The notes: generated by a model from the letters alone, not told the origin. A stretch of 20,000 nucleotides of DNA from an uncultured virus (IMG/VR IMGVR_UViG_3300042868_009486) (IMGVR_UViG_3300042868_009486:58577-78576), one strand, 5' to 3'. Positions 8,165 to 17,594 are shown, counted from the stretch's first letter. Made by a program: numbers and translations.

Positions 8165-8167
8165 GAC

Positions 8168-8248
8168 ATACCGAAGTTGTTGGCGGTATATCCAACAAAA
8201 TCTGAAAACACAAGTAGTTTGAGTTTTCATAAACCTTTAAAGAAAAGG
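8168..8248 (+). ncRNA. Candidate structured RNA element (H-type pseudoknot plus two hairpins), family unknown
   Basis: ATACCG 8168-8173 pairs with CGGTAT 8184-8189. TTGTTGG 8177-8183 pairs with CCAACAA 8192-8198. TGAAAAC 8203-8209 pairs with GTTTTCA 8223-8229. CCTTT 8234-8238 pairs with AAAGG 8244-8248. Confidence 0.4.
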
Positions 8249-8267
8249 GGGGTGTTCTAAATCTAAG

Positions 8268-8300
8268 AAAGGTGTTCGTAGAGAACACCTTTTCTTTTTT
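8268..8300 (+). terminator. Rho-independent terminator
   Basis: Stem AAAGGTGTTC (8268-8277) / GAACACCTTT (8283-8292), loop GTAGA, followed by a T-rich tail TCTTTTTT. Confidence 0.75.
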
Positions 8301-8304
8301 GAGG

Positions 8305-8311
8305 TATTTAT
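8305..8311 (+). promoter_or_regulatory. TATTTAT motif, putative late promoter
   Basis: GAGGTATTTATCTGTATG, immediately after the terminator and 4 nt before ATG 8316. Confidence 0.6.
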
Positions 8312-8315
8312 CTGT

Positions 8316-9479
8316 ATGGAATTTTTTATTCGCAAAAAGAGCACTCTACCATACCTTGAAATAGACCTCATCAAAGACGGAAAATTAGATTATAACTACC
8401 CTTATAATAACTTAACGGGGAGTACCATCTATTTTTCCATGATAGATGTTGACACAGGTGTATATCGTATTGCAAATGCTTTGTGTTCTTACTCATCTGA
8501 AAGAAATTCTATATATTATCAATTCACAGAAAAAAATACAAGTAAAATAGGTAGGTTTAAAGGAGAATTTAGTATCCAAACAACTCAAGGAACTGTAATT
8601 CTACCTTTAAGAGATGTTTTATTTATATCTATTTTGGAATCAATTGTGGATAGTGATTTTTGTTGTTTTCCGGCACCTCCACCTGTTACATTGGATCCAA
8701 CTCCTACACCAACTCCGACACCAACAATGTCACCAACACCGACTGCAACGCCAACCGCAACTCCGACATCAACACCAACTGCAACACCAACACCAACTAT
8801 AACACCGACACCAACCGTAACCCCAACACCGACAACAACGCCGACTGCAACACCAACAGAAACACCTACACCAACACCAACTGCAACACCTACTCCAACA
8901 CCTACTCCGTTCTTGAATACATTTGCATACTTATTCATAGAACCTATAGATGGATCAGAAGACATTGGTACATGGATGTATAACAGCGGATCTAACTTCT
9001 TTGGATTCTCTAACTCTTCGCAACCAACACAAAATCAAGCTCAATTCGATATCGATATGAACTTATATGTTGATTACGCAGGGTGGACTAACTCTCAATT
9101 CCCATCAATAATTACTCAAACTGTACCACAAGTAAGTGGAGGTTTGGATAGTTTTGGTAACCCTATATACGCTTACAACTTCTTAACAACAGAAGTACCT
9201 GCCGGGACAGTGAACGGACAGGCTTGGTATACATGGTTGATACCATTTAGTGCAACTAACGACGAATACCAAGTTAAAATTGACATAAACACTACGGGTG
9301 ATGCTAATTTATTTACAGGAGTTAATACTGAACCAACGATTTACCAATATGACTTGGTGTATACTGGTTCGACAATTCCTGCAGATACGTATAAAGTATA
9401 TACCACATTCCCTTACCAAATATTCAAAATACTTGATTCAACAAATATTTATTTTAGAGGGAACGACACCCAACCATAA
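8316..9479 (+). CDS. Putative virion structural protein: BppU-N-like beta domain, Pro-Thr linker, beta-rich C-terminal domain
   Basis: N-terminal [10 protein letters not shown]...[22 protein letters not shown] resembles the pattern of baseplate-upper (BppU N-terminal) domains. A (PT/TP)n linker spans 8697-8909, and the C-terminal domain is aromatic/Thr/Gly-rich. Confidence 0.7.
   Translation: MEFFIRKKSTLPYLEIDLIKDGKLDYNYPYNNLTGSTIYFSMIDVDTGVYRIANALCSYSSERNSIYYQFTEKNTSKIGRFKGEFSIQTTQGTVILPLRDVLFISILESIVDSDFCCFPAPPPVTLDPTPTPTPTPTMSPTPTATPTATPTSTPTATPTPTITPTPTVTPTPTTTPTATPTETPTPTPTATPTPTPTPFLNTFAYLFIEPIDGSEDIGTWMYNSGSNFFGFSNSSQPTQNQAQFDIDMNLYVDYAGWTNSQFPSIITQTVPQVSGGLDSFGNPIYAYNFLTTEVPAGTVNGQAWYTWLIPFSATNDEYQVKIDINTTGDANLFTGVNTEPTIYQYDLVYTGSTIPADTYKVYTTFPYQIFKILDSTNIYFRGNDTQP
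8697..8909 (+). repeat. Pro-Thr-rich coding repeat (about 71 aa extended linker)
   Basis: [32 protein letters not shown]...PTP, a degenerate 6/12-nt DNA periodicity. Confidence 0.95.
9446..9452 (+). promoter_or_regulatory. TATTTAT motif in the 3' end of the upstream gene; possible promoter of the giant fibre gene
   Basis: AAATATTTATTTT, 45 nt upstream of ATG 9498. Confidence 0.4.
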
Positions 9480-9497
9480 TTTTAATGTTTACAATTA

Positions 9498-12400
9498 ATG
9501 TCTGGATTATATAAAAACCCAATAACCCCAATAAATGTACTAGGTGCAAGTTCAGTATCTAGAACAAGTACCTATGGAACAAACTTCAGTATTTTAGGAG
9601 TTGGTGGGTACATGGAGGTATACAATATAAGTGACTTATTTTTCACCGTACCATCAGGTTCAACAGGATATATAGAAATATCAGGTAATACTATCCCTAT
9701 TCAATTACAAAAAGGAACAGGGTCTATATTTTCACCTGATGTATTAACACTTGGATCAGATAACATCTCTTCAGGAAGAAGAAGATTAGGTATGTTGGCT
9801 TATGTTCAAGAAACACAAGAAGTATATCAATTTCAAATTCCAAACTACCAAACATTATGGAATAATGCCACAGGGGCAACAGGTCCTGGTGGATCCACTG
9901 TAGTTGTTTCAGAATTTGGTACAACTGTAAAATCTAATAGTGCCGCGGGTATTGCTTTTATAAATGCTTGGACAGGAAATACTGTTGAAGGTTATAATGG
10001 TGGAGGTAGTAATTCGACATGGAGAAAATTTACAACAGGTGGTCAAGGAAGTGGTATTTCTGCTTTTACATATGGTAATAATACATTTACGATATTTGAT
10101 GTGACAGGCGGGACTTACTCTACAACTGTAAATGATTTTACAGGTTTGACTGTTAATGGTAGTTTTTCTGCAACAACTTATTTAGGTTTACCTCCTGAAA
10201 TAGTTGTCACAGGTGGTACCTATGACCCAAATAATGGTACTGCGACTTTTACAAATAATACGGGAGGAACATTCAATGTAACAGGGTTTTTAACTGGTTT
10301 TACAGACATATATGTGACCGGAGGAACATACTATTCAGCGTCAAGTACAATTGAATTATTTAGAACTGACAATGGAGTTGTTTCTATTACAGGAATAACT
10401 GCTAACGGGTCAAGTGGGACATCAGGAACAAATGGTACTGATGGTACTAGTGGTATTTCGGGAGTTAATGGTACGAGTGGAACTTCGGGGACTAATGGGT
10501 CTTCGGGGTCCGATGGTACATCAGGTACAAATGGGACTTCAGGAAGTAGTGGTACCAATGGTACTAACGGGTCTTCAGGTACAAATGGAACAAGTGGTGT
10601 TGATGGGTCTAGTGGTACAGACGGATCATCAGGAACTAACGGCACAAATGGGTCTTCAGGAACAAATGGAACGAATGGTACTAGCGGTACTAATGGAACT
10701 AACGGAACATCTGGAACAAATGGTACTTCAGGATCTGATGGTACTTCCGGTACAAACGGTACATCTGGTACTAATGGGACTAGTGGTACTGACGGTACCT
10801 CAGGTACAAACGGAACTAACGGATCTAACGGATCTTCAGGAACAAACGGTACTGATGGTACTTCAGGTACAAACGGAACAAGCGGAAGTAGCGGAACAAA
10901 CGGTACTGATGGTACTAGTGGAACAGATGGGTCTAGTGGTACAGATGGTACGAGTGGTAATGATGGAACTAATGGGACTTCAGGAACAAACGGAACCAAT
11001 GGTACAAGCGGCACTGATGGAACTAACGGATCATCGGGCACAAATGGAACTAATGGTTCATCAGGAACTAACGGTACAAATGGGTCTTCAGGTACGAATG
11101 GAACTAGCGGAACTAGCGGAACAAACGGTACCGATGGATCGTCAGGTACAAACGGAACTAGTGGTTTATCGGGTGTAGATGGTACAGACGGAACTTCGGG
11201 AACAAATGGTACAGATGGTTCTAGTGGAACAAATGGTACTAGCGGAAGCTCAGGCACAAATGGAACTAACGGTACATCAGGAACAAATGGTTCAAGTGGT
11301 ACAAACGGAACTTCGGGAACTAATGGTACAAACGGAACATCAGGTACAAACGGAACGAATGGTACTAGCGGAACGAATGGAACAAATGGTTCAAGTGGAA
11401 CTAACGGAACAGATGGAACTTCAGGGACTAGCGGAACATCAGGCACTAATGGTACAGATGGAACTTCAGGGACTAGCGGAACAGATGGGTCTAGCGGATC
11501 TTCAGGTACGGATGGAACTAGCGGAACTTCAGGTACGGATGGAACTAGCGGAACTTCAGGTTCTTCAGGGACAGACGGAACATCAGGTTCTAGCGGTACC
11601 GATGGAACGAGCGGTACAGACGGGACTAGCGGATCTTCAGGAACTAATGGAACTAACGGTACATCAGGTTCAAGTGGTACGAATGGCACTAGTGGGTCAA
11701 GTGGAACCTCAGGTACTGATGGGACAAATGGGTCTTCAGGCACAGATGGAACATCTGGTTCTAGCGGAACAGATGGGACTAGTGGAACAAGCGGTACGGA
11801 TGGTACTAACGGAACTTCGGGTTCAAGCGGAACTGATGGAACTAGTGGTTCATCAGGAACAAATGGTACGGATGGCACTAGTGGTTCTTCAGGTACTAAC
11901 GGAACAGACGGGACAAGTGGAACAGATGGTACTTCAGGAACAGATGGTACTTCAGGTACGGATGGAACTTCAGGAACAGATGGTACTAATGGGACGAGCG
12001 GATCTTCAGGTACAGATGGTACTAGTGGAACAAGTGGATCTTCAGGAACTGACGGAACTAGCGGGACATCAGGTTCTAGCGGGACATCAGGTTCTAGCGG
12101 AACAAGTGGGTCCTCAGGAACAGACGGCACATCAGGAACTTCAGGGTCGAGCGGTACTGACGGTACAAGTGGAACTTCAGGTTCTAGCGGAACAGACGGT
12201 ACATCAGGGACATCTGGTTCAAGCGGCACAAGCGGTTCTTCAGGTACTGACGGAACAAGTGGAACATCAGGTTCTTCAGGATCAAGCGGTACCGATGGCA
12301 CAAGTGGAACATCAGGTTCTAGTGGTACGGATGGTACTAGCGGAACAAGTGGATCCTCAGGAACAGACGGCACATCAGGAACTTCAGGGTCGAGCGGTAC

Positions 12401-15400
12401 CGACGGAACTTCTGGAACTAATGGTACTAGCGGGACCGATGGAACATCGGGAAGTAATGGTACAAATGGGACATCAGGGACTAATGGTACTAGCGGAACT
12501 AATGGAACTAACGGAACTTCAGGTACAAACGGTACTAGTGGTACAAATGGAACATCAGGTACAAATGGGACAAACGGGACATCAGGTACTAACGGAACGA
12601 ATGGTACTAGCGGAACAAACGGAACATCCGGAACCAATGGAACCTCAGGAACAAATGGTACTAACGGTACATCAGGAACCAATGGAACATCAGGAACAAA
12701 TGGTACTTCAGGTACTAACGGTACGAATGGAACATCAGGTACAAACGGTACTAATGGAACTTCAGGTACGAACGGCACAAGTGGAACTAACGGTACAAAC
12801 GGTACTTCAGGGACTAATGGTACTAGTGGAACAAATGGGACTTCTGGTACAAATGGAACCAATGGTACAAGTGGCACCAACGGAACTTCGGGTACTAACG
12901 GAACAAATGGAACTAACGGTACTTCAGGTACAAACGGAACATCAGGTACAAATGGTACAAGCGGGACTAATGGTACAAATGGTACAAGCGGGACTAATGG
13001 TACAAATGGGACTAATGGTGCGAATGGAACTTCAGGAACTAATGGTACGGATGGTACTAGCGGAACAGATGGAACTAGCGGAACAAATGGTACGGATGGT
13101 ACGGATGGTACTTCAGGTACAAATGGTACAGATGGAACTTCAGGAACCAACGGTACAGACGGAACATCAGGTACTAATGGAACGGATGGTTCAAGCGGAA
13201 CAGATGGTACTTCAGGTACTAACGGAACGGATGGTACAAGTGGAACAAACGGAACGGATGGAACTTCAGGGACAGATGGAACTTCAGGTACGGATGGAAC
13301 GTCAGGAACGGATGGAACGTCAGGAACGAATGGTACAAACGGAACTAATGGTACCGATGGAACTAGCGGTACGGATGGAAGTAGTGGTACAAATGGTACG
13401 AATGGAACTAGCGGTACGAATGGTACCAACGGAACTTCAGGTACAAATGGGACTAATGGAACTTCAGGAACTAACGGAACAGATGGTACTAGCGGTACTG
13501 ACGGAACTAATGGAACGTCGGGAACTGACGGAACTTCAGGAACAAACGGAACAGATGGTACTAGTGGTAGCGACGGAACCAGCGGAACTAATGGTACGGA
13601 TGGGTCAAGTGGAACAAATGGTACTTCAGGGACTAATGGTACAGACGGAACATCAGGAACTAATGGAACAGATGGGTCAAGTGGTACTAATGGAACTTCA
13701 GGAACCAACGGAACAGATGGAACTTCAGGTACTAACGGTACGAGCGGAACCAATGGAACAAATGGTACTTCGGGTACTAACGGTACGAGTGGAACGAATG
13801 GTACAAATGGAACTAGTGGAACGAACGGAACTTCAGGTACTAACGGAACAAATGGTACAAGTGGTACTAACGGAACGAACGGAACCTCAGGAACTAATGG
13901 TACTAGCGGAACAAATGGAACCAATGGTTCAAGTGGAACAAATGGTACGAGCGGAACGAACGGAACCAATGGAACATCGGGTACTAATGGATCAAGCGGT
14001 ACAAATGGGACTTCAGGAACGAATGGAACTAACGGTACTAGCGGAACAAATGGAACTAGCGGTACTAGCGGAACAAATGGAACTAGCGGAACAAATGGAA
14101 CATCAGGTACGAACGGGACCAATGGTACAAATGGAACTAGCGGAACTAACGGTACAAATGGTACTTCAGGGACTAATGGAACTTCAGGGACTAATGGTAC
14201 AAACGGAACTTCAGGGACTAATGGTACGAACGGAACTAGCGGGACAAATGGGACTTCAGGAAGTAGTGGTGCGGGGGTTGCTAACTATTATGCCCAATAT
14301 AGTAGTAGTTTAACACAACAAGTTTCAGGGGCAAATACCCCTACGGTTGTAACATACAATACGGTTGAAATTGAGAATGGTATTTCGGTTGTGAGCGGAA
14401 GTAGGGTAACTGTACAATACTCAGGTATATATGAATTCAGTTTTTCCCCCCAAGTTGAAAAAAATCAAGGGGGTGCTGCTGTAGATGTGGATTTCTTTGT
14501 TAGAAAAAATGGTACTAATATAATAAGAACTGATAGTATTTTAGGATTAGTGTCTAATAGCGTCAAACAATTACCATTTGTTTCGATCGTGGCTGATTTA
14601 CAACAAAATGATTACTTGGAATTAGTTTTTGCTAGTACTTCAGAAGATGTCCAATTGACAGCGGAGGCGGCTCAAACATCACCTTACATAGCACCTGCGG
14701 CACCATCAATTATAGTAACTATCAAGAACATCGGAGTTGCTGCGGTTGCTTACACATCAACTTCAGGTACTAATGGTACAAATGGATCTTCAGGAACTAG
14801 TGGAACTAATGGAACTAATGGAACTAGTGGAACTAATGGAACTAGTGGTACAAACGGAACTTCTGGTACTAACGGGACTAATGGTACTTCAGGTACTAAC
14901 GGGACTTCTGGAACAAATGGTACTAACGGCACATCAGGTACAAATGGAACTAACGGAACTAGTGGAACGAATGGGACTAACGGCACCAATGGAACATCGG
15001 GAACTAATGGTACGAGTGGAACTAATGGTACTTCAGGTACAAACGGAACTTCAGGAACAAATGGTACCAATGGGACAAACGGAACTTCAGGAACCAACGG
15101 AACAAACGGCACTTCAGGTACAAATGGAACAAATGGTACAAGTGGAACAAATGGTACCTCAGGTACGAATGGGACAAATGGAACTAGCGGTACAAATGGT
15201 ACAAATGGAACTTCAGGAACTAACGGAACTTCAGGTACAAACGGCACTAGCGGAACAAATGGAACAAATGGAACCTCAGGTACAAATGGAACATCAGGAA
15301 CTAATGGTACTAATGGTACTTCGGGAACTAATGGTACTAGTGGAACGAATGGAACATCGGGAACAAACGGAACTAATGGTACTAGTGGAACGAATGGTAC

Positions 15401-17594
15401 TAACGGAACTAGCGGAACAAATGGTACTTCAGGAACTAACGGTACTAACGGCACAAGTGGAACAAATGGTACTAATGGAACATCGGGAACAAACGGAACT
15501 AACGGAACGTCAGGAACTAACGGTACTAATGGAACTTCAGGAACAAACGGAACTTCAGGTACTAATGGAACTAGCGGGACAAATGGTACAAACGGTACAA
15601 GTGGGACTAATGGTACAAATGGAACATCAGGTACAAACGGAACATCAGGTACTAATGGAACATCAGGTACTAATGGAACCAATGGAACTTCGGGGACTAA
15701 CGGAACAAGCGGTACGAATGGTACTAGCGGAACTAACGGTACGAATGGAACTTCAGGAACTAATGGTACATCAGGAACGAACGGAACGTCAGGAACTAAC
15801 GGAACTAATGGTACTTCAGGTACTAACGGAACTTCAGGAACAAATGGTACTAATGGAACTTCAGGAACAAATGGTACTAATGGAACATCAGGTACTAATG
15901 GAACTTCAGGTACAAATGGAACTAATGGTACTTCAGGTACAAATGGAACATCAGGAACAAACGGAACATCGGGTACTAACGGTACTTCAGGAACTAATGG
16001 AACAAACGGAACATCAGGTACAAACGGAACGAATGGGACTTCAGGAACTAATGGTACTAGTGGAACAAACGGAACATCGGGAACGAACGGTACTAACGGT
16101 ACTTCAGGAACTAACGGAACAAATGGTTCAAGTGGAACCAATGGAACTTCAGGGACGAATGGTACAAACGGTACATCAGGTACAAACGGAACTTCAGGGA
16201 CTAATGGATCGTCAGGTACAAATGGTACAAACGGAACGTCAGGGACTAATGGAACAAATGGTACATCAGGAACGAATGGAACTAACGGAACATCAGGAAC
16301 TAATGGTACTAGCGGAACGAATGGGACAAACGGTACCTCAGGTACCAATGGAACTTCAGGGACGAATGGTACAAACGGAACTAGCGGAACGAATGGAACT
16401 TCAGGAACTAATGGAACAAACGGAACATCAGGTACAAACGGAACTAGCGGAACGAATGGAACTAGCGGAACGAATGGAACTAACGGAACCTCAGGGACTA
16501 ATGGAACTAGTGGTACCAACGGTACTAACGGAACATCAGGAACAAACGGTACTAATGGTACTTCGGGAACAAATGGTACATCAGGTACAAACGGTACTTC
16601 TGGAACAAATGGTACAAATGGAACCTCAGGGACTAATGGGACAAGTGGAACCAACGGTACAAACGGTACTTCAGGAACAAACGGAACAAATGGAACCAAC
16701 GGAACATCAGGTACAAACGGTACTTCTGGAACAAATGGTACAAATGGTACTTCAGGTACTAACGGGACTAATGGGACGAACGGAACTAGTGGGACAAATG
16801 GGACTAGCGGTACCAATGGTACGAATGGTACGAGTGGAACTAACGGAACAAATGGAACTAGCGGTACGAATGGTACGAGTGGAACTAACGGAACAAATGG
16901 AACTAGCGGTACGAATGGTACGAGTGGAACTAACGGAACTAGCGGTACGAATGGTACTTCGGGAACAAACGGGACTAACGGGACATCGGGAACTAATGGT
17001 ACATCAGGTACTAACGGTACGAATGGTACTTCAGGTACAAACGGAACTTCAGGGACTAATGGAACATCAGGAACTAATGGTACTTCTGGAACAAATGGAA
17101 CTAGCGGGACTAACGGTACATCAGGAACTAACGGAACGAATGGAACAAGTGGTACTACACCTATAGTTCCTGGGGCTGACAACGAGGTACTAACTTCGGA
17201 TGGGTCTGGTAATATTGTTGCTGAATCTGGATTTACATATAACGGATCTGATGGTACTTTAACTCTTAATTCTACACACAGTTTAGTTAATACAACAAGT
17301 TTGACGAATATCTCTTCTGGACAAGTTGTTGAATCTTACGGTACTGATATTGGGTGTGGTGCTATATTTGAATATTGTGTTACTGAAAATGGTGGAGCAA
17401 AAAGGATAGGTCAAGTGTACGCAGTATGGAATAACACGAATGGGGATGGTACCGATGTATCAAGTCCTGATTTGGGTGGTTCCACGGCAAATTTTGTTTG
17501 GAAAGTTCAGGTTTCTGGTGGTAGTGTCGAATTAGCTTGCGCTATAGGTGGAGGAACATGGACTATACTTGTTTCAACAAGAATTATATTCTAA
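9498..17594 (+). CDS. Giant (2698 aa) collagen-like Gly-X-Y fibre protein with internal C1q/BclA-CTD-like domain; putative phage tail/head fibre
   Basis: N-terminal globular region (RRLGMLAYV...YQ) and VTGGTY beta-repeats (about 10050-10400), Gly-X-Y block 10407-14270, C1q-like domain about 14280-14733, Gly-X-Y block 14766-17159, then a C-terminal beta domain (FEYCV...RIGQVYAVW...WTILVSTRIIF). Confidence 0.9.
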   Translation: MSGLYKNPITPINVLGASSVSRTSTYGTNFSILGVGGYMEVYNISDLFFTVPSGSTGYIEISGNTIPIQLQKGTGSIFSPDVLTLGSDNISSGRRRLGMLAYVQETQEVYQFQIPNYQTLWNNATGATGPGGSTVVVSEFGTTVKSNSAAGIAFINAWTGNTVEGYNGGGSNSTWRKFTTGGQGSGISAFTYGNNTFTIFDVTGGTYSTTVNDFTGLTVNGSFSATTYLGLPPEIVVTGGTYDPNNGTATFTNNTGGTFNVTGFLTGFTDIYVTGGTYYSASSTIELFRTDNGVVSITGITANGSSGTSGTNGTDGTSGISGVNGTSGTSGTNGSSGSDGTSGTNGTSGSSGTNGTNGSSGTNGTSGVDGSSGTDGSSGTNGTNGSSGTNGTNGTSGTNGTNGTSGTNGTSGSDGTSGTNGTSGTNGTSGTDGTSGTNGTNGSNGSSGTNGTDGTSGTNGTSGSSGTNGTDGTSGTDGSSGTDGTSGNDGTNGTSGTNGTNGTSGTDGTNGSSGTNGTNGSSGTNGTNGSSGTNGTSGTSGTNGTDGSSGTNGTSGLSGVDGTDGTSGTNGTDGSSGTNGTSGSSGTNGTNGTSGTNGSSGTNGTSGTNGTNGTSGTNGTNGTSGTNGTNGSSGTNGTDGTSGTSGTSGTNGTDGTSGTSGTDGSSGSSGTDGTSGTSGTDGTSGTSGSSGTDGTSGSSGTDGTSGTDGTSGSSGTNGTNGTSGSSGTNGTSGSSGTSGTDGTNGSSGTDGTSGSSGTDGTSGTSGTDGTNGTSGSSGTDGTSGSSGTNGTDGTSGSSGTNGTDGTSGTDGTSGTDGTSGTDGTSGTDGTNGTSGSSGTDGTSGTSGSSGTDGTSGTSGSSGTSGSSGTSGSSGTDGTSGTSGSSGTDGTSGTSGSSGTDGTSGTSGSSGTSGSSGTDGTSGTSGSSGSSGTDGTSGTSGSSGTDGTSGTSGSSGTDGTSGTSGSSGTDGTSGTNGTSGTDGTSGSNGTNGTSGTNGTSGTNGTNGTSGTNGTSGTNGTSGTNGTNGTSGTNGTNGTSGTNGTSGTNGTSGTNGTNGTSGTNGTSGTNGTSGTNGTNGTSGTNGTNGTSGTNGTSGTNGTNGTSGTNGTSGTNGTSGTNGTNGTSGTNGTSGTNGTNGTNGTSGTNGTSGTNGTSGTNGTNGTSGTNGTNGTNGANGTSGTNGTDGTSGTDGTSGTNGTDGTDGTSGTNGTDGTSGTNGTDGTSGTNGTDGSSGTDGTSGTNGTDGTSGTNGTDGTSGTDGTSGTDGTSGTDGTSGTNGTNGTNGTDGTSGTDGSSGTNGTNGTSGTNGTNGTSGTNGTNGTSGTNGTDGTSGTDGTNGTSGTDGTSGTNGTDGTSGSDGTSGTNGTDGSSGTNGTSGTNGTDGTSGTNGTDGSSGTNGTSGTNGTDGTSGTNGTSGTNGTNGTSGTNGTSGTNGTNGTSGTNGTSGTNGTNGTSGTNGTNGTSGTNGTSGTNGTNGSSGTNGTSGTNGTNGTSGTNGSSGTNGTSGTNGTNGTSGTNGTSGTSGTNGTSGTNGTSGTNGTNGTNGTSGTNGTNGTSGTNGTSGTNGTNGTSGTNGTNGTSGTNGTSGSSGAGVANYYAQYSSSLTQQVSGANTPTVVTYNTVEIENGISVVSGSRVTVQYSGIYEFSFSPQVEKNQGGAAVDVDFFVRKNGTNIIRTDSILGLVSNSVKQLPFVSIVADLQQNDYLELVFASTSEDVQLTAEAAQTSPYIAPAAPSIIVTIKNIGVAAVAYTSTSGTNGTNGSSGTSGTNGTNGTSGTNGTSGTNGTSGTNGTNGTSGTNGTSGTNGTNGTSGTNGTNGTSGTNGTNGTNGTSGTNGTSGTNGTSGTNGTSGTNGTNGTNGTSGTNGTNGTSGTNGTNGTSGTNGTSGTNGTNGTSGTNGTNGTSGTNGTSGTNGTSGTNGTNGTSGTNGTSGTNGTNGTSGTNGTSGTNGTSGTNGTNGTSGTNGTNGTSGTNGTSGTNGTNGTSGTNGTNGTSGTNGTNGTSGTNGTNGTSGTNGTSGTNGTSGTNGTNGTSGTNGTNGTSGTNGTSGTNGTSGTNGTNGTSGTNGTSGTNGTSGTNGTNGTSGTNGTSGTNGTSGTNGTNGTSGTNGTSGTNGTNGTSGTNGTNGTSGTNGTSGTNGTNGTSGTNGTSGTNGTSGTNGTSGTNGTNGTSGTNGTNGTSGTNGTSGTNGTSGTNGTNGTSGTNGTNGSSGTNGTSGTNGTNGTSGTNGTSGTNGSSGTNGTNGTSGTNGTNGTSGTNGTNGTSGTNGTSGTNGTNGTSGTNGTSGTNGTNGTSGTNGTSGTNGTNGTSGTNGTSGTNGTSGTNGTNGTSGTNGTSGTNGTNGTSGTNGTNGTSGTNGTSGTNGTSGTNGTNGTSGTNGTSGTNGTNGTSGTNGTNGTNGTSGTNGTSGTNGTNGTSGTNGTNGTNGTSGTNGTSGTNGTNGTSGTNGTNGTSGTNGTSGTNGTNGTSGTNGTSGTNGTSGTNGTSGTNGTNGTSGTNGTSGTNGTNGTSGTNGTSGTNGTSGTNGTSGTNGTSGTNGTSGTNGTNGTSGTTPIVPGADNEVLTSDGSGNIVAESGFTYNGSDGTLTLNSTHSLVNTTSLTNISSGQVVESYGTDIGCGAIFEYCVTENGGAKRIGQVYAVWNNTNGDGTDVSSPDLGGSTANFVWKVQVSGGSVELACAIGGGTWTILVSTRIIF
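10407..14270 (+). repeat. Gly-X-Y block 1 (about 429 triplets: GTN, GTS, GTD, GSS)
   Basis: First Gly codon at 10407 and last at 14268, 3861 nt apart = 429 x 9. No Pro in the translation. Confidence 0.97.
14280..14733 (+). other. C1q/TNF-like (BclA C-terminal-like) trimerisation domain inside the fibre CDS
   Basis: TVVTYNTVEIENGI...RVTVQYSGIYEFSFSPQV...VDFFVRKNG...IVADLQQNDYLELVF matches the gC1q pattern (F...GxYxFxx...LxKNG...LxLxxGDxVxL). Confidence 0.7.
14766..17159 (+). repeat. Gly-X-Y block 2 (about 266 triplets, almost only GTN/GTS)
   Basis: First Gly codon at 14766 and last at 17151, 2385 nt apart = 265 x 9. Confidence 0.97.
16818..16939 (+). repeat. Perfect 45-bp tandem repeat, about 2.7 copies
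   Basis: GGTACGAATGGTACGAGTGGAACTAACGGAACAAATGGAACTAGC at 16818 and 16863, with a partial copy at 16908. Confidence 0.9.

Noticed and set aside
8201..8230. CTGAAAA as a possible hammerhead ribozyme core
   Set aside because: It does not match CUGAnGA, and no correctly placed GAAA/cleavage triplet with three stems was found.
8620..8626. Additional TATTTAT inside ORF 8316..9479
   Set aside because: It is preceded by T rather than a purine and has no nearby downstream start, consistent with chance in AT-rich DNA.
647..9924. Short minus-strand and alternate-frame ORFs (e.g. 647-1021, 1667-2050, 2947-3270, 4129-4482, 5711-6115, 8585-8965, 8614-8802, 8660-8983, 9298-9498)
   Set aside because: They lie within or across longer + strand genes and have compositions expected of shadow frames (Ser/Phe/Leu-rich, or VG/TN repeats mirroring the PT linker).
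10414..17166. Long +1-frame ORFs (MVQTELQE-like) at 10414-11178, 11179-14313 and 14737-17166, suggestive of overlapping genes or TAG readthrough
   Set aside because: The +1 frame of Gly/Thr/Asn/Ser/Asp codons cannot form stops. The single TAG at 11176-11178 comes from a rare Val-Asp (GTA GAT). There is no independent start signal or slippery site.
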